Of a stretch of DNA of 64,000 nt, positions 57,913 through 64,000 are shown piece after piece. A program made the translations under genes and the position numbers. The stretch's first letter is position 1. Each line of letters opens with the position of its first letter. The notes beneath the pieces are model-generated. The model saw only the letters and a list, made by a program, of their open reading frames with translations. It made no database searches and was not told where the DNA came from. The stretch spans positions 1-64,000 of the IMG/VR virus record IMGVR_UViG_3300027365_000010. The stretch is one strand, 5' to 3'. The stretch is from a virus.

Positions 57913-59633
57913 TCCAAACCCCTTAAAAAATCCAAATCTAGCATCCAGTCTTCACCAAACGCTTTTGACATATATCTATCGAACTGTTTAATGTCATCTA
58001 TCTGTTCTTGACCTATGGTCTTTTTAAACCAGTCATACATTTTTGCTATATCTTTAGGAAATATCTTGTTGGCTCGATTTATTACCGATACAATGTTACT
58101 TAATGAAGTATTATATTTTTCCTTAGCATTTTTATTAATTATCTTAACCATCTTCTTATAAAAAACATTATTATATGTGTCTGTATAAGCGAAGTTCAAA
58201 AGATATAGCGCCCTTAATAAGTGATGTTTGATCTCATCCTCGTATAAATGGTAATCTTCCCCACCAAAGAACCGTAGTTCTATACGCCCATCTAATACTT
58301 TATAATCACCAAATTTTATAGATTGTTCCTTGTGGTAAGAAATCATCACTTCAATTCTGTGTGTAAGTGTTTTAACAATTTCTGATGCTGACAATACTTT
58401 ATTATTACTATTGTATATATCCTCGATAACATCAGGCAACATATCCTTTGCTTCATAATCAATTATTTGTTCTAGATTTTCAACATATTGTCTCTCAGGG
58501 AACATATCTAATACATGATCTAGATCTAAAAGAGCCACGAATTTCATCAGGTTGAAGTCGTCAAGATTGTATTTATTAGTTGATATTGATATATGCATTC
58601 CTGAATAATTACTTGTTTCCGAATTACTGATCATAAAATTGAACATCTGGTCTATGTTCTTAAATGCCTCAATTACGTTCATCTTGGTGGTTATAACTTC
58701 AGCCTGTTCAGCATTGTCCCTTTTAATACCCGTGATTTTAGATATATCAACACCGTGTTCTTTTAAATCATCTTCATCAGGTAAGGAACCTTCTGAATGC
58801 ATCGGGATTTCAGACGAAATAGATTCAAATTGCTCTGAAAATTCTCTGAAAATTTCATTATCAATAGTAGGTATAGTAGCATGATCCTCACGATAAGTTG
58901 TATACTGATCAAAACTTATGCTTTGTTCATCAAACTCTGCAAACTCATAAGGTATATCTTCTTTACTCGGTATATCTAGTAATTCCGTATTAGCCATCGA
59001 ATCTATCAATCCATTTAAGTGCTTCTCATCACCATCGATTATCTTACTAATAATTACTAAATAATCACTGTATTGTGCGAAATTCTCGTCATTAAACATT
59101 TCACCCTCATAATACAGGTCGATAAAACGCATTATATCTTCTATATAACTTCGATTCCAAGAAGAGATACGCTTAACATTTGTCTTATCAATGTCACCGT
59201 TGTTTAAGATCTTCATGAAGGCATCATAAAACTGTCGTATGGTTTTCTCATCATCAACCATATTCATTTGAGTACCAAACTCGTGTTCATCATCTTCCTG
59301 TTCGTCAGACTTTACATTTTTCTTCACAAGTCGGTCAAAGTCATTAATATGATCAAACAGCTTGATTAGGATCATTCCATCTTTAACCATCTGTTGTATT
59401 TTACTACCTACTAGAACATCTTCAAATATTCGTTCAACCTCTACCGTCAGGTCATATGCATTTATCATGGATAAAAAATCATCCATGTCATTATCTAAGA
59501 AATCTCCGATCTTAAGATTTTCTTTATAATGCATTTCATATTCTATACCAACATTAAAATCTTTGGCATTCTTAAGTATTAGAGCTTTTTCTTTCTCTCC
59601 AAATTTAACGCCTTCAAAAATCTTTTTAGTCAT
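57909..59633 (-). CDS. putative amidoligase with acidic insertion and IFE leader (start moved to MTKKIFE)
   Basis: VGIEYEM, EVIT, GMHISIS, RIELRFFGG; TATAAATA at 59660-59667; AAGGA SD. Confidence 0.7.
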   Translation of the reverse strand: MTKKIFEGVKFGEKEKALILKNAKDFNVGIEYEMHYKENLKIGDFLDNDMDDFLSMINAYDLTVEVERIFEDVLVGSKIQQMVKDGMILIKLFDHINDFDRLVKKNVKSDEQEDDEHEFGTQMNMVDDEKTIRQFYDAFMKILNNGDIDKTNVKRISSWNRSYIEDIMRFIDLYYEGEMFNDENFAQYSDYLVIISKIIDGDEKHLNGLIDSMANTELLDIPSKEDIPYEFAEFDEQSISFDQYTTYREDHATIPTIDNEIFREFSEQFESISSEIPMHSEGSLPDEDDLKEHGVDISKITGIKRDNAEQAEVITTKMNVIEAFKNIDQMFNFMISNSETSNYSGMHISISTNKYNLDDFNLMKFVALLDLDHVLDMFPERQYVENLEQIIDYEAKDMLPDVIEDIYNSNNKVLSASEIVKTLTHRIEVMISYHKEQSIKFGDYKVLDGRIELRFFGGEDYHLYEDEIKHHLLRALYLLNFAYTDTYNNVFYKKMVKIINKNAKEKYNTSLSNIVSVINRANKIFPKDIAKMYDWFKKTIGQEQIDDIKQFDRYMSKAFGEDWMLDLDFLRGLE

Positions 59634-59675
59634 TATAATATCCTTTTTATCTTTAATAATATTTATAGATAAGAA

Positions 59676-59703
59676 AAAAGGGGGATACACTCATCCCCCT
59701 TTT
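59676..59703 (-). terminator. rho-independent terminator
   Basis: GGGGGAT-6nt-ATCCCCC plus U-run. Confidence 0.85.
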
Positions 59704-59781
59704 ATATACTAAGTCCACTATATTATTTAAATTTTACATTACTACCTTTTAGATTTTTAACAATCATAGTTCATACCCCCT

Positions 59782-60171
59782 CTATTTCTTTCTTTTCTTC
59801 TTCCATCGGACTATCTTACCAGTATTAGGATCAGTTTTAACTCTAGGCTTAATTAATGGATAACCTTTTACATCAACTCTGCGATAACTATAGTATCCAC
59901 GGATATTTTTCCACACGAACCGCCCAAATGATGGTGCTACCGTGAAGTATTTTACTACAGTATAAGGTACTTGATAATATTCATATTCAGCACCATTGTT
60001 AAATTCTATAGTTAATGTACCAATACCGTTCCCACTATCCTTAAACCAGAAGCTATGAACATTAGAACTACTCACGAATAAGCGCTCCAAATCTTCTTCG
60101 TTTAACTGTTGGATACTCTCATTAAGAGGAATATCACACATATCATAATCGTATTCAAATAAAATCATCAA
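59782..60171 (-). CDS. KTSC domain protein with LFE/LNE leader
   Basis: VSSSNV...LTIEFNNG..YEY..VP...APSFGRF...IR; TATAAATA at 60192-60199. Confidence 0.8.
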   Translation of the reverse strand: MMILFEYDYDMCDIPLNESIQQLNEEDLERLFVSSSNVHSFWFKDSGNGIGTLTIEFNNGAEYEYYQVPYTVVKYFTVAPSFGRFVWKNIRGYYSYRRVDVKGYPLIKPRVKTDPNTGKIVRWKKKRKK

Positions 60172-60194
60172 TAGCCACCTTCGTTTACGTATAT

Positions 60195-60935
60195 TTATAC
60201 AAGGTCATCAAGCACTGGCTCTTCAAAATATATACATTTCAGAAACTTATGAGCGCGATACATTTTACCGTTCACTACCTGTTCTTTTGAGGAATATACA
60301 ACATGAATCCAGTTACCTTGCACTTTAAAGTATTTAGAATAAACTTCTACACCATTATCGGTATATTTATCTATGGTTGCCTGACATTCTTCGAACGTAG
60401 AGCAGATTTTAGTCAAATTGCTTACAGTAATACGTGTCATCAAACGATCTTCATCAACACCATTTAATGAACACAATGTCTTTACAAGGCCCATAAGCTT
60501 CTCATATTCTTTCAGATAATCTTTACTATCTTTTAGATTCAAGGCATCGATAAGCTCATCAGTTTGATATTCAACAAGTTTGATCATTCGTTCATTAGTA
60601 ATGTCTGGACGATTCTCATAATAGTCATAGTTATAAACTACCTTACTATCTAATCCAAGTAGGTAGCCAATACCATATCCAAACGTCAGAAGATCACCAA
60701 TCGCGTCAATTATTTCTTTTCGATCATTCTTTTCTAAACCATCTTTTACGAACTCTTCTGCCTCATCGTACATATTTTCAGTTTGGGTAATCACCTTATT
60801 AGTTCTGTTATCCCCAAATGTATTACCAAAAATCTCATTAATGAAATAAACCTGTGATGCAGCATTCATATCATATACGCGTTCGATAAGTGGTTGTAAA
60901 TCTTTACGTTCTACTGTCATATTCTTTTTCTCCAT
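60195..60935 (-). CDS. MazG/PRA-PH-like nucleotide pyrophosphohydrolase
   Basis: EAEEF...EIIDAIGDLLTFGYG...SNLTK. Confidence 0.75.
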   Translation of the reverse strand: MEKKNMTVERKDLQPLIERVYDMNAASQVYFINEIFGNTFGDNRTNKVITQTENMYDEAEEFVKDGLEKNDRKEIIDAIGDLLTFGYGIGYLLGLDSKVVYNYDYYENRPDITNERMIKLVEYQTDELIDALNLKDSKDYLKEYEKLMGLVKTLCSLNGVDEDRLMTRITVSNLTKICSTFEECQATIDKYTDNGVEVYSKYFKVQGNWIHVVYSSKEQVVNGKMYRAHKFLKCIYFEEPVLDDLV

Positions 60936-61103
60936 TTTGTTATATCAATAACATAACACGAATAACAGATTTGTCTATATGTCCAGATATGAGAATTATT
61001 ATCAATAAAACTCTGACCTAAAAAGTCTAACCTATTTCTTATTATTTCTATATAAAGAAAAAGTAAGAGTTTTAGTTATAGATAGAGATATATTTAAGTA
61101 ATA

Positions 61104-61230
61104 GAAATATCATGATAATGATATTTCATATCTGTATGGAATGGAATGACATACAGATAATAACTATATAGTTAACTACTATAAATATAATTTCTCTATG
61201 GGTATTTGTGAGGCGTCAAGCACCTCACAA
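61104..61230. repeat. cluster of four adjacent inverted repeats in a long AT-rich intergenic region
   Basis: GAAATATCAT/ATGATATTTC; TATCTGTATG/CATACAGATA; TAACTATATAGTTA; TTGTGAGG/CCTCACAA. Confidence 0.8.
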
Positions 61231-61250
61231 TGAATTCTTACGAATTCGAT

Positions 61251-61280
61251 TTGACATGGAGATGTACTACTTGCTATAAT
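61251..61280 (+). promoter_or_regulatory. consensus sigma70 promoter
   Basis: TTGACA-18-TATAAT. Confidence 0.85.
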
Positions 61281-61312
61281 TTATTTTTAAATCAATTACG
61301 GAGGGAATTATT

Positions 61313-61636
61313 ATGCAACACGTACAATCATTTGCAGGTACTGTACTGAGCAAGAAAAATTTCAAAGAACTACGCGATCAAGTAACCGAACAAGTTCTGG
61401 TCGAAATTCTCTCCCCATCAAAAGGGAAATATTTCGTTACACCAGAACAATATGTGAAGCGCTTCAATGCACCTCATAAACAAGTGACACGTGTCCTTCA
61501 ATATTTGGTAAGAGATGGTATTCTCATGCCTGAATATCGAACACAACTGGAATCTGGTCGTGAACAGAGCTATTTCTATTTCAAAGCTTCTAAAATTGAG
61601 GCTGAGAGCTACGCACGAAAGTTTTTCAACATTTAA
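61313..61636 (+). CDS. winged-helix-like DNA-binding protein
   Basis: TPEQYVKRFNAPHKQVTRVLQYLVRDGIL; GGAGG SD. Confidence 0.55.
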   Translation: MQHVQSFAGTVLSKKNFKELRDQVTEQVLVEILSPSKGKYFVTPEQYVKRFNAPHKQVTRVLQYLVRDGILMPEYRTQLESGREQSYFYFKASKIEAESYARKFFNI

Positions 61637-61637
61637 A

Positions 61638-61657
61638 AAGAGGGCTTAAGCCCTCTT
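61638..61657. terminator. terminator between convergent genes
   Basis: AAGAGGGC-TTAA-GCCCTCTT. Confidence 0.8.
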
Positions 61658-62801
61658 AAATAGATTTTGTTAATTTCAGATAGTTACGGTAGTTACCTAA
61701 AGACCTCATCACATCTTTGTCATAACCAAATTTTTTATCTAAATAAGCAATACAGTTATGAACTATGATAAAATTGTGACTAGATTCTTTATTGCTATTC
61801 CCATTCGTTTTAAATATGAATTTAATATAATCTTCAGTAAGCATTTCGGAGACATCTATTCCCATAACTTCATAATAATACACGATGGAAAGTCCAACAT
61901 GATATTGGCATGAAAATGTTTGGGCTTCCGTTGGTTTAGTAGTGGAACTTGAATCCATATGTTTTTGAATCATGAACATTGAATGGATATCAATAGCCGC
62001 GTACTCTTTTGTAATGAATTCATTGATTTCTTCAATCATATCGTTATATGATGTGGTTTTATGCGTCATTGCCTCGACGCAGTTTGGATTTACTATTGAA
62101 TAGTTGTCACATACATTCCTGTAATTGAATTTTTTCTGATACTTGCTTACATCTTCACCATTATCTTTTTGCTCGAACATGGAATGATGCACAGGTGCGT
62201 CCCCCCATGCTATAGGAATATTATCTAAAATATTCAAGAGATATGGAACGTTGTTATCAACCATATATTTCAAAGCATTATTCGTAAACACTTTAGCTTT
62301 GTTGATCAGTGTAAATCTTTCGGTTCTATCGATAGTTGTTATCGAAAATGCATTTTTTATATCAATAGTAAATCCTAGAATGGCATATGTCAGGTAGTTA
62401 ATGTTAACATGGTATTTTTGTAAGAAAATATATTGAACTTTAGAGGATATAATCTGACTATACCGCTTCGATATAGATATAAAAGCTTCAGTAGCTGCGT
62501 CTTGAATGTGCTGTTCAGTTATGTTTTTGGAAATGTCATCATCGCGAAGAGAAAGAACCAGAAGCAGAACGTAATACATTTCTGGTATACGATTACGAAA
62601 ATATGTCATATGATCTTGGATAAAATTTCTAACACTTGGATCTGCATCGGTACCAGATAACATTGCATCACTAATAGACGATAAGATTGCACGGTATTCA
62701 CGCGCAATAACCGAATGTCGGTTCATAGGATCGAGACATTGCACTAAGTTATCAATTCTCTGCGACAGTTTTGAATTAAATGTAGGTGTGATCTTACTCA
62801 T
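61656..62801 (-). CDS. hypothetical protein (start moved to MSKITP)
   Basis: GAGGA SD; overlaps the upstream stop. Confidence 0.75.
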   Translation of the reverse strand: MSKITPTFNSKLSQRIDNLVQCLDPMNRHSVIAREYRAILSSISDAMLSGTDADPSVRNFIQDHMTYFRNRIPEMYYVLLLVLSLRDDDISKNITEQHIQDAATEAFISISKRYSQIISSKVQYIFLQKYHVNINYLTYAILGFTIDIKNAFSITTIDRTERFTLINKAKVFTNNALKYMVDNNVPYLLNILDNIPIAWGDAPVHHSMFEQKDNGEDVSKYQKKFNYRNVCDNYSIVNPNCVEAMTHKTTSYNDMIEEINEFITKEYAAIDIHSMFMIQKHMDSSSTTKPTEAQTFSCQYHVGLSIVYYYEVMGIDVSEMLTEDYIKFIFKTNGNSNKESSHNFIIVHNCIAYLDKKFGYDKDVMRSLGNYRNYLKLTKSI

Positions 62802-63354
62802 CGTCGTCCTCAACAACTTTAATTTCGGATACGAACCCTGCAAATTCAATACCGTCAGAAGACTTTGCTATAATGTATGGGCGCTCAAGACCTTGGAAAT
62901 CTCTACACACTTCGACTGTATAAACATACGGAACACGTTTAACATCAACTTCTGATACAATCCTCACAGCATCACCATTAAGTACATTATCGTATTCACT
63001 AAACAATTTATGGACAATGTTAGACGCAAGTGAGTTAACGTTGTCGAAGGAATTGCGCACGGTGATGAAGTCTTCATCGTTTTCGTTACGATAATATTCA
63101 ATATAACGTTCTGACTCTGGAATAGTGAAATTCATATAATCTTCCATTGTTCTCGGTCGTTCTTCTGGGATGAGAGTTTCTTTATACCGATCACTGCAAA
63201 GATTATAAAAGAGGTTTCGTGGCATTTTTACGGACTGCCCAAAATGTTCACAGAAGAATTCACAAATGTTGCTTACTATTGCACTGTCTTTCAGGTAGAT
63301 ATTAACTACTGAATTACCCGATTGGTTCTTTACAATAATATATCCCGGTGTCAT
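62794..63354 (-). CDS. hypothetical protein
   Basis: GGGAG SD. Confidence 0.7.
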   Translation of the reverse strand: MTPGYIIVKNQSGNSVVNIYLKDSAIVSNICEFFCEHFGQSVKMPRNLFYNLCSDRYKETLIPEERPRTMEDYMNFTIPESERYIEYYRNENDEDFITVRNSFDNVNSLASNIVHKLFSEYDNVLNGDAVRIVSEVDVKRVPYVYTVEVCRDFQGLERPYIIAKSSDGIEFAGFVSEIKVVEDDDE

Positions 63355-63417
63355 GTGTTGTCTCCCTTGACGGATAATAGTTTTATGATAAAGTTTTAAT
63401 TTTGGAGAATAACAACA

Positions 63418-64000
63418 ATGAATAACAAAAAAATTGTCGGCCTTATGGGCTTTAAAGGCAGCGGTAAAGACACTGTTGCTAATATCCTATCTGAATACGA
63501 TTACTCAATTCTATCATACGCTGAAACACTAAAGCAATGCCTATGTGTAATTTTTGGATGGGAAATGGAAATGATCAATGGTCATACGCCCGAGTCACGT
63601 AAATGGCGTGATGATGTAGATCACTGGTGGGCAGAGAAGTTAGGCATTCCTAATTTTACTCCCAGAATGGCTATGACTATGATTGGTACTGATTTATTCA
63701 GAAAACATTTTGATGAAAATATCTGGGTTTATTCCCTTGTAAACAAAATTAATAGTATCAAGGGTAATGTGGTCGTTACTGATATTCGATTCCCTAATGA
63801 ATATCACTACATAAATTCTATGCCCAACTCATCCATATTTCGCGTAAGACGATTCAGACCAGAATGGGAAAATACTGGTATTAAAGCGGCATACGGTGAC
63901 CAAGATGCAATTCAAACCCTGAACGCAATGAACATCCACGAATCCGAATGGGCATGGCTCTCGTGCGATTATAAATGTGAGATTAAGAATGTAGGTAGCT
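63418..64000 (+). CDS. deoxynucleoside monophosphate kinase (T4 gp1-like), truncated by the window end
   Basis: own translation: MNNKKIVGLMGFKGSGKDTVA...TPR...IGTD.FR...IW...TDIRFPNE. Confidence 0.9.
   Translation, partial: MNNKKIVGLMGFKGSGKDTVANILSEYDYSILSYAETLKQCLCVIFGWEMEMINGHTPESRKWRDDVDHWWAEKLGIPNFTPRMAMTMIGTDLFRKHFDENIWVYSLVNKINSIKGNVVVTDIRFPNEYHYINSMPNSSIFRVRRFRPEWENTGIKAAYGDQDAIQTLNAMNIHESEWAWLSCDYKCEIKNVGS

Noticed and set aside
59705-59775. Tiny ORFs after the KTSC gene (MNYDC*, MIVKNLKGSNVKFK*)
   Set aside because: Too short to support without conservation data.
762-62660. Many short ORFs antisense to or nested within longer genes (e.g. 762..1004, 2539..2835, 29623..29931, 34144..34515, 52868..53275)
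   Set aside because: Shadow ORFs of well-supported genes, with no SD or recognisable motifs.
1-64000. CRISPR array, tRNA or rRNA genes
   Set aside because: No regularly spaced direct repeats and no cloverleaf/T-loop signatures seen by eye; tRNAscan was not run.
1-64000. Stop-codon reassignment as in some large phages
   Set aside because: Conserved enzymes are full length in code 11, and TAA, TAG and TGA all end genes at sensible positions.

Overview
AT-rich, gene-dense segment of a large T4-superfamily (jumbo-type) myophage genome, standard genetic code. Host-like genes (cheW, yggL, bfd, DUF2061) suggest a proteobacterial host. Structural and packaging genes: neck gp13 and gp14, four tail-tube-like paralogs, gp4 head-completion nuclease, a putative small terminase. 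Nucleotide and DNA genes: RNR, Tdk, dCMP deaminase, DHFR, dNMP kinase, MazG-like, DNA ligase, DEDDh exonuclease. There are also many early hypothetical paralogs under sigma70 promoters. Highlights: (1) a stand-alone late gene at 40809-41705 built as IntC - 87 aa of the TerL ATPase (Walker A to Walker B) - IntN, i.e. the middle piece of a large terminase that would need two split inteins to be assembled from at least three genes; (2) about 12 scattered, mostly late-promoter genes sharing an N-terminal leader ending in (L/I)-x-E, the T4 prohead-protease consensus, and encoding enzyme-like cargo (3 HExxH proteases, 2 ART-like proteins, 3 amidoligases, a P-loop kinase, KTSC), a probable virion-packaged effector set; (3) a phage-borne CheW; (4) a candidate late small RNA and T4-style RBS-sequestering hairpins overlapping late promoters. 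All calls are from motif recognition by eye; no searches were run.
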